Assembly: GCA_014859945.1 (NCBI GenBank)
Contig: JACZKR010000377.1
Location: 1 to 63,743, forward strand
Direction of reading: 5' to 3'
Length of the DNA stretch: 63,743 nucleotides
From: Paracoccaceae bacterium
Lineage (GTDB): Bacteria > Pseudomonadota > Alphaproteobacteria > Rhodobacterales > Rhodobacteraceae
In this document: positions 30,274 through 38,493 of the stretch, piece after piece
Layout of the letters: every line of letters begins with the position of its first letter
Numbering within the stretch: position 1 is the first letter of the stretch
The notes under the pieces: model-generated
The model's input: only the letters and a program-made list of their open reading frames with translations
Told to the model about the DNA's origin: nothing
The model's database searches: none
Program-made: the position numbers and the translations under genes

Positions 30274-30308
30274 GGGAGAGGCGGGTGCTGGCTGGCCCCG
30301 CCTCTTTC
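30274..30308 (+). terminator. Stem-loop upstream of the scaffold-like gene
   Basis: AGAGGCGGG(30277-85)...CCCGCCTCT(30297-305) followed by TTCACTTT. Confidence 0.55.
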
Positions 30309-30324
30309 ACTTTGGAGAAACTGA

Positions 30325-30723
30325 ATGACGACCCCCACCGACAATGACGCTCAAGCGAAGGCCCTCGTCGCTGCCCTCGCGCCCCTGATCGCCGAGGCGA
30401 TCATTCCCCAGCTCGCGGCCAAGGTCGAGGAGCAGGTGAAGGGCATCAAGGCGAAGAACGACGAGTTACTGGACAAGCTCCACAACGTCACGAAGGACCA
30501 GGAGATCGCCGACAAGATCAAGGCTGGCGAGGAACTGGCCGCGAAGACCAAGGCGCTGATCGAAGGCGCCGTGCCGAAGACCGACAAGGGCCTGGTCGAC
30601 TTCCGCAAGGCCGGTGAGCCCCTGCGCATCAGCCGTGAAGACGCCCGCGACGTGCAGAAGTACCGCAAGGCCCGCGCGCTCGCGGCGGAGCAGAACGTCC
30701 CCCTGGAAATCGTGCAGGACTGA
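30325..30723 (+). CDS. Short capsid-scaffold-like coiled-coil protein (132 aa)
   Basis: GGAG RBS; EQVKGIKAKNDELLDKL heptads and C-terminal ISREDARDVQKYRKAR resemble siphovirus scaffold proteins (recalled). Confidence 0.6.
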   Translation: MTTPTDNDAQAKALVAALAPLIAEAIIPQLAAKVEEQVKGIKAKNDELLDKLHNVTKDQEIADKIKAGEELAAKTKALIEGAVPKTDKGLVDFRKAGEPLRISREDARDVQKYRKARALAAEQNVPLEIVQD

Positions 30724-30727
30724 GCCC

Positions 30728-31369
30728 ATGGCCGCCGCCCCGAAGAAGCCGGGGCCGAAACCGAAGTCGAAGCCGGTGCCCGTGTCGGTGCCCGGCCAAG
30801 GCTTCGGCTCTGGCCGCCTGCACAAGATGAGCCTGCTCCCGAAGGAGCGCCAAGACCACTTCAAGAAGGAAGTGCTCCTGGGTCGAATGTCGATGCTGGC
30901 CGCCAGCCGCGAACTGGGCATCAGCGACATGAGCGTTGCTCGCTGGATCGCGACGATCCCCGACGAGGAACGTCTCGCCATCGTCGCGCAGCACTACCAC
31001 GACGCGAAGGTCCGGTCGGCTCTGACCAATGCGGCCATCGTGGACGAGATGGGCGAGGACACCGACAAGGACCTGAAATGGGTCCTGCGGGAACTGAAGG
31101 AGCTGCTCGAGGACGCGAAGGGCGACGACGAGAAAGCACTGCAACTCGGGACACTGAAAGAGCTGCGCCAATCCTTGATGGCGCTCGCCGAACTCAATGG
31201 CCGGTTGAACCGCAAAATCGACATCCACCTGAACCTCAACGAGAGCCCGCAATTCATCAAGCTGCGGCAGATCATCCTCACGGTCCTGGACCGCCACCCG
31301 GAAGCCAAGGCCGACTTCCTGGACGAGATGCGGGTCCTGCAAGTCATCGACGCGAGGATTCCGGCATGA
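30728..31369 (+). CDS. Putative terminase small subunit (HTH plus helical domain)
   Basis: Basic N-terminus, HTH SMLAASRELGISDMSVARW, helical core; upstream of the TerL ATPase. Confidence 0.6.
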   Translation: MAAAPKKPGPKPKSKPVPVSVPGQGFGSGRLHKMSLLPKERQDHFKKEVLLGRMSMLAASRELGISDMSVARWIATIPDEERLAIVAQHYHDAKVRSALTNAAIVDEMGEDTDKDLKWVLRELKELLEDAKGDDEKALQLGTLKELRQSLMALAELNGRLNRKIDIHLNLNESPQFIKLRQIILTVLDRHPEAKADFLDEMRVLQVIDARIPA

Positions 31370-31593
31370 CCTGGCGCGACTTCCCCCAAACCGCCGACCA
31401 ACTGCGCGAGGCAGGCCTTGGCGTGATCTCGGTCCACTCCCCGAGCCAGAACATCAACCCGACTGTGATCATCGTCCGGTGGAACCACGTCCCGGAGGCG
31501 CACGAGATGCACTTGGCCCGGCACTACATCCCGGTCGCCGACGTGCGACACGTCGGGCCGAGCGAGCAGCCCAAAGGGTGTCCCTGGGCATGA
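31366..31593 (+). CDS. Hypothetical protein (75 aa)
   Basis: ATGA overlaps at both ends; GAGG RBS. Confidence 0.7.
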   Translation: MTWRDFPQTADQLREAGLGVISVHSPSQNINPTVIIVRWNHVPEAHEMHLARHYIPVADVRHVGPSEQPKGCPWA

Positions 31594-32366
31594 TCGAGGA
31601 CAAGTCCCTCCGGTCCTTCCTCCAAGGGCTAACGGTCTCCCTGGACCCCGTCGAGCGGTTTCGGCTGGCCGTGGGCGAGCCTGACCCGTGGCAGCAGACC
31701 TTGCTCCGCACCGATCCCCGTTTAAACGAGGCGGACCGGATGGTGCTTGCCCTGTGCGGGCGGCAGTCGGGCAAGAGCACGTCGGCGGGCGGCCTCGGCT
31801 ATGACGACTTCTCGATGGGCAAGACGGTGATCCTGACCGCGCCGTCCTTGCGCCAATCGACGGAGCTTTTCCGCCGCATCCTCGAGTTCAAAAACACGGA
31901 TCCCTTCTGCCCGCCCATCGTGCGCCAGACCCAGACGGAGCTCGAGGCGCACCCGTCGCACGGCGGGCGGATCATCGTCGTCCCTGCTACCGACCAAGCG
32001 CGCGGGATGACGGCGGACACGATCATCGCGGACGAGGCCTGCTTCCTGGAAGATGACGCCCTGACTGCCTTCTTTCCCATGCGTCGTGAGACAGGGCGCA
32101 TTTTCCTGCTGTCCACCCCGAACCTGCGGGAGGGGTTTTTCTATGACACCTGGACCAGCAACAAGCAGGTCCGACGCATCACGGCGCGCAGCATCGACAT
32201 TCCCAGGCGCGCGGCCCAGGTCGCGTTCGACAAGGCGACCATGTCCGACACGACCTTCCGCAGGGAACACCTGTGCGAGTTCGTCGGGGGCGGCACGCCC
32301 CTGATCTCCTGGGAGACGCTCGACAAGACGAGCAACCCGAATGTGAACGCCTTGGAGCTGACATGA
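31590..32366 (+). CDS. Terminase large subunit, ATPase domain only
   Basis: Q-motif PDPWQ, Walker A CGRQSGKS, APSLRQS, Walker B ARG..IIADEA, motif III LLSTP, FRREHLCEF. Confidence 0.9.
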   Translation: MIEDKSLRSFLQGLTVSLDPVERFRLAVGEPDPWQQTLLRTDPRLNEADRMVLALCGRQSGKSTSAGGLGYDDFSMGKTVILTAPSLRQSTELFRRILEFKNTDPFCPPIVRQTQTELEAHPSHGGRIIVVPATDQARGMTADTIIADEACFLEDDALTAFFPMRRETGRIFLLSTPNLREGFFYDTWTSNKQVRRITARSIDIPRRAAQVAFDKATMSDTTFRREHLCEFVGGGTPLISWETLDKTSNPNVNALELT

Positions 32367-33085
32367 CCCCGCAAGACCCGCCGAAGCATGTCCACCTGAA
32401 AGACGGGCGCGTCGTCCTGCCCAGCAATGCCGATCCGGCAGCGGCCGGGCATGTCGTCTATGGCTGGGTCCGCCATCACGTCGGCCTCGACCTTGGGCGC
32501 AACGACCCGTCCGCCATCGTCGTGGTGCGGGACGAGTGCTACCCGGAGTTCACGGGCCGCGGGTTCGAGCAGCAGCTTGGCGACCGGCGCTGCACCGTCG
32601 TGTTCCAGGAGTCGATCCAGCTCTACTCCTACACAGACCTCGCCGATCACGTCGCGCGGCGGCTGGCGAAGATTCCCCACTGGACCCTCGCAATCGACGC
32701 GTCGGGCCTCGGCGGGCCGTTCTCGTCCACCCTTGACCTTGCAGGCATCGAGCATTGGGCCGTCACGATGACCGCAGGGGCCTCACTGTCCCGCAAGGGC
32801 CGAGACGTCACGGTGGCGAAGACCCTGTTGCTCGAGAACCTGGCCGTCGGCCTCGAGACGGGCGCGCTGACCATCGCCCACGACTTGCCGGGCAAGCAGG
32901 ACCTGCTGAACGAGGTAGCATCCTTCGAGTTGGCTTCTACGTCGGCAGGGAACTTGGTCTTGCAGGGTGGTGGCAAGGGCCACCACGCCGACCGGGCCGT
33001 GGCGCTCGCCCTCGCCTACCTGTCTGTCACCCACTTGGACTCGGGCTCCATGCCGGCGCAGCAGAAACTCGTCGGCTGGCGTTGA
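32363..33085 (+). CDS. Terminase large subunit, RNase H-like nuclease domain as a separate gene
   Basis: VGLDLGRNDPSAIVV, LAIDASGLG, HHADRAVALALA acidic motifs; own GGAG RBS and ATGA overlap. Confidence 0.85.
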   Translation: MTPQDPPKHVHLKDGRVVLPSNADPAAAGHVVYGWVRHHVGLDLGRNDPSAIVVVRDECYPEFTGRGFEQQLGDRRCTVVFQESIQLYSYTDLADHVARRLAKIPHWTLAIDASGLGGPFSSTLDLAGIEHWAVTMTAGASLSRKGRDVTVAKTLLLENLAVGLETGALTIAHDLPGKQDLLNEVASFELASTSAGNLVLQGGGKGHHADRAVALALAYLSVTHLDSGSMPAQQKLVGWR

Positions 33086-33150
33086 ACGACTTGGAAACGG
33101 CCATCTTGGCCGGAATCGTTGTCGCTCTCGTGGTGCTCGTCTACTTCTGA
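33082..33150 (+). CDS. Putative 22-aa membrane peptide
   Basis: TTG start overlapping the nuclease stop; MNDLETAILAGIVVALVVLVYF. Confidence 0.4.
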   Translation: MNDLETAILAGIVVALVVLVYF

Positions 33151-33153
33151 CGC

Positions 33154-33304
33154 ATCACTGCTCATTGACCGCCAAGAGAGCCGCAGCAGAACCGGGGTAG
33201 CGCTGCGGTCACGATGTTCCTCCCTACCGTGATGGGGCGCGACCATCGCGCCGCCTAGCGCCGACGTACTGCTGTGGCAGATGATTCTTGACGGCAAAAG
33301 TGAT
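33154..33304. other. Long imperfect inverted repeat (rod-like hairpin), candidate ncRNA
   Basis: Nested pairings ATCACT/AGTGAT, CAAGA/TCTTG, GCCGCAGCAG/CTGCTGTGGC, GCGCT/AGCGC, GCGG/CCGC, CGATG/CATCG. Confidence 0.45.
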
Positions 33305-33450
33305 CCTCGGGGGTGAGTCAAGTGCCTCTGCGTTTAAACGCTGTGGATAAGTCGGAAGCCTTTGTATTTGCGCAGAAAATGACTGTTTGACCTGACAGCA
33401 AAGCGTGGTGTTTCTGAGGAGTGGGTAGCAACATAGAAAGGACCCACACC

Positions 33451-33906
33451 ATGAACTACCAAAAGAAGATCGAAAAGCTGGCGACGGTCTTCAACGTCGC
33501 AAAGGCAGACCTCGAATACCTGCTCGCTCACGAGGGCACCCCCGGCACGACCGAATTGCTCGCCGCACCGGCCACCTTCGACTACTTCGGCTCGCTCGCC
33601 GAACATGAGTGCCACATGGCGCGGCTGGCTGAGGTGGCGGACGCCGAGTCCCTCATCAATGCCTGCATTGCACTCCGCGATTGCGGCTATGCTGACCCGA
33701 CGGTCGTCGAAAAGGTCAATGACGCCGCGCGGATCGTCGGCGACCACAACCTGCTCGACGCCATCGAGGGCATCAACGAGCAGGATGCTCTGCTTGATAC
33801 CATCCTGAATGGCTACGGCTTCGGCGGCCAGCACATGATGGTGCTGCAAATGGACGGAACGCTGATGGCTCGCGTCCCGAGCCGGATGCTGGGGGTGGCG
33901 GCATGA
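33451..33906 (+). CDS. Hypothetical acidic protein (151 aa)
   Basis: AAAGGA RBS, ATG at 33451. Confidence 0.75.
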   Translation: MNYQKKIEKLATVFNVAKADLEYLLAHEGTPGTTELLAAPATFDYFGSLAEHECHMARLAEVADAESLINACIALRDCGYADPTVVEKVNDAARIVGDHNLLDAIEGINEQDALLDTILNGYGFGGQHMMVLQMDGTLMARVPSRMLGVAA

Positions 33907-34115
33907 CCAGCGAAGAGATCATCATGGCGAAGCATCAGCTTCGCCAGCACCTCTCTCGGTCGATGCACCTGTTCCACGGTCGCCCGACTGAGCGGCTGGC
34001 CGCGATCATCGCGGCTGAGTTGATCGGCAAAGATCGCCAGACCCCGTGTATGCTGGTCACGCTTCTTCAACAGCTTGACGAACTGCGCGGGCGGCTTCGG
34101 TCGGCAAAGGTGTGA
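33903..34115 (+). CDS. Hypothetical protein (70 aa)
   Basis: ATGA overlap with the upstream gene; followed by hairpin GGGCAC/GTGCCC. Confidence 0.6.
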   Translation: MTSEEIIMAKHQLRQHLSRSMHLFHGRPTERLAAIIAAELIGKDRQTPCMLVTLLQQLDELRGRLRSAKV

Positions 34116-34157
34116 TACAAAATGGTGACGGGCACACTAGGGTGCCCGCCGCCTTCT

Positions 34158-34349
34158 TCATAACCGGGTTATCAGGCCGATCACGGCCAGCCACCCGATC
34201 ATCTCGACCATCAGCCGAACCAGCCAGATCGGAAAGGTCAGCCAGCCGAGGCGCTGGCGTATCGTTCGCCCCTTGGGCTGTGGCGCGGCCTGTGGCGGGT
34301 TGGGCCACCGGAGGATCACGGCATCGGCGGCATCATCCACGGGCATCAT
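34158..34349 (-). CDS. Small membrane protein
   Basis: C-terminal hydrophobic stretch LGWLTFPIWLVRLMVEMIGWLAVIGLI; last gene of a short minus-strand operon. Confidence 0.55.
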   Translation of the reverse strand: MMPVDDAADAVILRWPNPPQAAPQPKGRTIRQRLGWLTFPIWLVRLMVEMIGWLAVIGLITRL

Positions 34350-34512
34350 TCAGCACCCTCCATGGCTTCGGTCTGGCCGTTGGCTGCGCCGCCGCTAAGA
34401 GGGCGAGGGCGCGCTTCCGGCCGAGCCGGGGGTTCGGAATGTCGCACCGCCATTCGCGCCGCAGCACCAGCGGGAAGGGTCGGGCGGGCGGCATAAGCCG
34501 CCGCTCGATCAT
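34333..34512 (-). CDS. Small basic hypothetical protein (59 aa)
   Basis: TGATG coupling to the DUF3489-like gene. Confidence 0.45.
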   Translation of the reverse strand: MIERRLMPPARPFPLVLRREWRCDIPNPRLGRKRALALLAAAQPTARPKPWRVLNDARG

Positions 34513-35150
34513 CACTTCGCCCCCTCGGGCAGCAGGTGCAGCCGCCCTTCGCGGCGTTCGACGCCCCATCCGCTGCCCTTCACGTCAACGTAGAGGGCCG
34601 ACGAGGCAACGGCGCGGCTCCACCCCGTGGCAGCCGCGATTTCTTCGACCGTGGTGCCCGCAGGCTTGCGCAGCATGTCGATGATGGCCGCGCGCTTGCT
34701 GCCCGCCTTCGGCTCCTTCTGGGCGTCGAGGGGGATGAACAGGATGCAGTCAGCGCCCGGCTTGCGGCTGGTCTTGGGCGCGGCCTTGTCGGCTTTCGCG
34801 GGCTTACCCTTGGCGGGCTTCTGTGCGTCCTTGGGTGCCGTCAGCGCGGGTAGCGGCTGGCCCAGGATCGTTTTCAGCACGGCGAACCCGGCATCCGTCC
34901 AGCCAATCAGGTCGGCTTCGGAATCCGGCGTTGCGGTCACGAGGCCCTTTTTCACCAGCGATGCGAGAACACCCTTCTTCTGGGCGGTCGTCATGTCGCC
35001 CACCTTGCGGTCGTCGAGCCAGACCCAAGTGGACAGGTCGGACGGCTGCTGCGCCTGCATCGGCGCGCCGTTCAGGGGCGTGTTCTCGCAGTGGGCGAAT
35101 GCCATGAGCAGGTGGTGTTCGGCGGCGGTGATCTTCTTGGTGTCGGTCAT
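34512..35150 (-). CDS. DUF3489-like winged-helix DNA-binding protein
   Basis: GSKRAAIIDMLRKPAGTTVEEIAAATGW; Lys/Ala/Pro linker; GGAG RBS. Confidence 0.75.
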   Translation of the reverse strand: MTDTKKITAAEHHLLMAFAHCENTPLNGAPMQAQQPSDLSTWVWLDDRKVGDMTTAQKKGVLASLVKKGLVTATPDSEADLIGWTDAGFAVLKTILGQPLPALTAPKDAQKPAKGKPAKADKAAPKTSRKPGADCILFIPLDAQKEPKAGSKRAAIIDMLRKPAGTTVEEIAAATGWSRAVASSALYVDVKGSGWGVERREGRLHLLPEGAK

Positions 35151-35282
35151 GGTGTCACTCCGTTGATGCGTCAGTGCTTCTGACCTTCATTCATCTGGAC
35201 GGAGTTTCGGGTGGCGATCAACCAGGCTTGTGAGGGTGCTCCTGTTGATTGTTTGAGACACCATAGCCGCTATACATAGCAC

Positions 35283-36578
35283 ATGACCCGAGCACCCAGA
35301 CGCATCATTGAGGAAGCGATATTCGACGGACTTGGCCCGCTCTCGGCCCATGATCTGCTCGCCATGCCTCGCGATGGCTGGGAACATCTGCGCGCCGGGA
35401 TCACAGACCATAGGAATGGCAGGGGCGGCTTAGTCGCCCGCTGTGTCGCCTGTGGAGGGAAGGTCTACATTACGACAGCCCAAGGCCGCCCGCTGTTCGC
35501 GCACTACCAAGGCTCCGATCCTCGCTGCCCGTGGTACACCGGCCAGAACATGCACCCTGACGATGCGCGGGCAGCCCAATATCACGGGCAGCAAGAGTCT
35601 GACATGCACCGCCGCATGTGCGACCTCATTGCCGAACTGGCCGCGCTGGATGACCGCTGCGTTGGTGTTAAGGTGGATGAATACCTGCCGCCCACCCAAA
35701 ACGCGCATGGCCGCTATCCCGATGTTCTGGTCGAATGGCGAGACTTCGCCTCGTTCGCGGTCGAGTATCAGATGTCGCATACCTTTCAGACTGAGGTATC
35801 GCAGAGGTGCATCCACTACGACCGCGAAGGTATCCCGCTGCTCTGGGTGCTTTCATCCTTCGACCCTGACCGCATTCCGCAGGCTGTGTCGGACGTCGTG
35901 CATCGCCACCGGGGCAACGCCTTTGTCCTCGATCAAGCGGCGGTGACGGCATCCCGCGAACAGCGAACCCTTGTCGTCTCCTGCTTCATGTGGAACGGGC
36001 AGACCTACGAGGGGCCTGTCCTAGTCAGGTTCGATGCGCTGTCCTTCCCAGAGTCGAAGCGTCCATTCCTTGAGGATCGCCTTGCCAAGCCACTTCTCGA
36101 ACAGATCGCGGCACGACGGCTACCATACTTCTACGCCCTTCGCGCGTGGGGCCACCGTCTGACCGATCTACCCATAGTCGACCTCGCGCCCTTCCCGGAA
36201 CGTCACCGGGTTGACCGGCTCGTGGCAGCTGCCTTTTCCATCGTCGCCGAGGCCGCTGGCAGGCCCGAGAACTTTGCGAGCGACCACGACAACATCAAGG
36301 GCATGATGAATACCTACCAGAACTCGGGTTCGCTTGCCCCTTACGCCCGCCTGCTGACCGCGCTGATCGAGAACACATCTCAGCGGGCGTTGCTGGCCGG
36401 AACAGTTGGCCGACACCTTCGGCAATCAATCTCAGGCCACCGGCTCGGCCGCGTCGAGCAGGTGCGAGAAGATTCACCGGAGTGGCGGCTCCTTCGGGAA
36501 CTGCTGCCCGAGGCCCTTGATCCCTTCGTTCGGCAGCGGCTCAAGGACGTCGGTGCGCTTCCAATTTGGGCAACCTAG
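35283..36578 (+). CDS. CoiA/DUF6035-like Zn-finger PD-(D/E)xK nuclease
   Basis: CVACGG..FAHY..CPW zinc motif, QESDMH, RYPDV..FAVEYQMS, IPLLWV. Confidence 0.75.
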   Translation: MTRAPRRIIEEAIFDGLGPLSAHDLLAMPRDGWEHLRAGITDHRNGRGGLVARCVACGGKVYITTAQGRPLFAHYQGSDPRCPWYTGQNMHPDDARAAQYHGQQESDMHRRMCDLIAELAALDDRCVGVKVDEYLPPTQNAHGRYPDVLVEWRDFASFAVEYQMSHTFQTEVSQRCIHYDREGIPLLWVLSSFDPDRIPQAVSDVVHRHRGNAFVLDQAAVTASREQRTLVVSCFMWNGQTYEGPVLVRFDALSFPESKRPFLEDRLAKPLLEQIAARRLPYFYALRAWGHRLTDLPIVDLAPFPERHRVDRLVAAAFSIVAEAAGRPENFASDHDNIKGMMNTYQNSGSLAPYARLLTALIENTSQRALLAGTVGRHLRQSISGHRLGRVEQVREDSPEWRLLRELLPEALDPFVRQRLKDVGALPIWAT

Positions 36579-36776
36579 AAACCTGGTATGGCAATCGTAC
36601 CAGTCGGCCCCTGATCGACCAGGACGACATGCGGGCGCAGTGGCGGCTGCATGAACTCAGCCCGCGACAAGCAGAATCATTGGCTCCCAGTTGCTGGCGT
36701 GTTACCGCGCGGTGGTCCAACGCCGCAGAAAGATGCCTGAGGTATTGACTCTGGGGCCGTTTGGAGTCCTGCGCGC

Positions 36777-36805
36777 TTGTCCCCGATTCGTGCGCGGGTT
36801 ACACT
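36777..36805 (+). promoter_or_regulatory. Sigma70-like promoter of the three-gene cargo operon
   Basis: TTGTCC-17 nt-TACACT, followed by a GGAGG RBS and GTG start at 36829. Confidence 0.65.
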
Positions 36806-36828
36806 GTGATTCGACGTGGAGGAAGACC

Positions 36829-37572
36829 GTGAAGCTGCCCAAAACCCTAGATCGTGAGCCGCTGGTCGATGCGGTCTTTGAGGTGCGCATGGGCGGCGCG
36901 CCGCAACTGGCAGACCTGTTGCCAGGTGCCCTTTTTGGTCAACTGACGCCGAAGCCGACACTCCAGAGGCTGCCCGCAGCCGAGATACCTCAGCCGATCA
37001 GAGACCAAGACCCGAACCTGGCTTTCTCGCCTGTAATTCGACTCGACTGGGGCGAGTTTACGATCTCGTTCGGGGATCGGAACTTGGTGATCGCGTGCAA
37101 ACTGCCCTACCCGAAGTGGCCGGCTTTCAAGGACGCCATTCTGGGCATCGTCGCGAAGGTTGCGCAAGTTGGCATCGCGGGGCCGGTGGAGCGCTACTCG
37201 GTCAAGTACGTCAACCTGATCCAAGCGCCGACCCTTGCTGCCCAGATCGCCAAAATCAACATGGCTGTCAGAGTCGGTGACGTCGAGGCGAAAGACGACC
37301 ATCTTTCAGTCCAGGTTCACCGCAACGAAGGCGACACGCTGCATATCATGTCGGTTGTGACTGGTGCGCAAGGAAACATGCCAGACGGAAAGGCCGTCTT
37401 CGGGGCAGTAGTGGATATTGACTCAATCCGAACGGCACATTTCTCCGATTTCGGGACCTTTGCTGCGAAACTCGAACCCGCAGTTGAAAGCCTTCGGCAA
37501 GCGAACAAGATCAAGTTTTTCAGTTGTCTGACGCAAGCAACCATTGATGAGATGGGCCCCAAGTATGATTAA
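36829..37572 (+). CDS. TIGR04255-like protein
   Basis: KLPKTLDREPLVDAVFEVR N-terminus, YPKWPAFK, RYSVKYVNLI, VVDID; GTG start. Confidence 0.75.
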   Translation: MKLPKTLDREPLVDAVFEVRMGGAPQLADLLPGALFGQLTPKPTLQRLPAAEIPQPIRDQDPNLAFSPVIRLDWGEFTISFGDRNLVIACKLPYPKWPAFKDAILGIVAKVAQVGIAGPVERYSVKYVNLIQAPTLAAQIAKINMAVRVGDVEAKDDHLSVQVHRNEGDTLHIMSVVTGAQGNMPDGKAVFGAVVDIDSIRTAHFSDFGTFAAKLEPAVESLRQANKIKFFSCLTQATIDEMGPKYD

Positions 37573-37858
37573 ACTCGCTGCAACTCGACCGACTTCAACG
37601 ACCTTTGCCGTCGCCGTTGGTGCGGCAATGCTTGCTGGTCAATTTCAATACCCGCCCCGCGTTGAGGCATATGAGGTGCAGCAAGTGCGCGGCACCTATA
37701 GCGACTTCATGGAACGGCTCGCTAGGCCTGCTGGGGCTGACCACTTCGCACAGCAGATCGCCGCGATCTACAACGGCTTTGCAGAGCGCCAGGAACGCCT
37801 AGGCGCTGAGTTTGAAGCCGCGATCTTTAGCGACCTCGAGAGTCTCTATGAGGTTTGA
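37565..37858 (+). CDS. Small hypothetical protein (97 aa), acidic amphipathic C-terminus
   Basis: Overlaps both neighbours; ends QERLGAEFEAAIFSDLESLYEV. Confidence 0.7.
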   Translation: MIKLAATRPTSTTFAVAVGAAMLAGQFQYPPRVEAYEVQQVRGTYSDFMERLARPAGADHFAQQIAAIYNGFAERQERLGAEFEAAIFSDLESLYEV

Positions 37859-38493
37859 TCCACGGGATGACCTTTGACGCAGATGCCCTTCGCCAACAGA
37901 TCCCTTACTACCTGACGGCTGCACCTGCGCAGAAGGTGCTCTTGGCCGAGCTCAAGGCGCTCATTGGTGGAGCCGACAAGGGCTACTTCATCCCGCGAGG
38001 CTATGACGGCTATACAGGCGAGATGCTTCAAGGTGATGGCTGGCGCGGCTTTCAGATATTCTCGTTCAAGTCGGGCAACGTGAACGCGGCCCGCGGCATC
38101 GTGCTCTCCAACTCGTGCGACGTGTCAGCAGAGAACGCTCGCGTCCTGCCGCCCAACGTGACCTTCGCGCCCATCGTGAAGTTGTCAAAGATCGTCGAGC
38201 GGTTCAAAGCGCATGGCCTAGACGGTGAGAAGGTCGCGTCTCGTCTGACGGACATCAAGGCGCAGCGGGTGACGAACATGTTCTATCTTCCGGCAGACGG
38301 TCTGCTGGACGAGGATCACGTCGCGCTTCTCGATGACCTGCACTCGATGCCAGTTGAGATCCATCGTCAGCAAGCGGAGAAGGTCTTCACCCTCAGCATG
38401 GCTGGCTTCTACTTGTTCGTCTTCAAACTGTCCGTCCACTTCTGCCGCCTACACGAAGATGTGGATAGAAACCCAAGGGTTGCGGTGGCTTGA
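37855..38493 (+). CDS. Hypothetical protein, candidate toxin/effector
   Basis: LQGDGW, GIVLSNSCDV, FAPIV, FYLP, HFCR motifs; TTG start at 37855 or ATG at 37867. Confidence 0.75.
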   Translation: MIHGMTFDADALRQQIPYYLTAAPAQKVLLAELKALIGGADKGYFIPRGYDGYTGEMLQGDGWRGFQIFSFKSGNVNAARGIVLSNSCDVSAENARVLPPNVTFAPIVKLSKIVERFKAHGLDGEKVASRLTDIKAQRVTNMFYLPADGLLDEDHVALLDDLHSMPVEIHRQQAEKVFTLSMAGFYLFVFKLSVHFCRLHEDVDRNPRVAVA

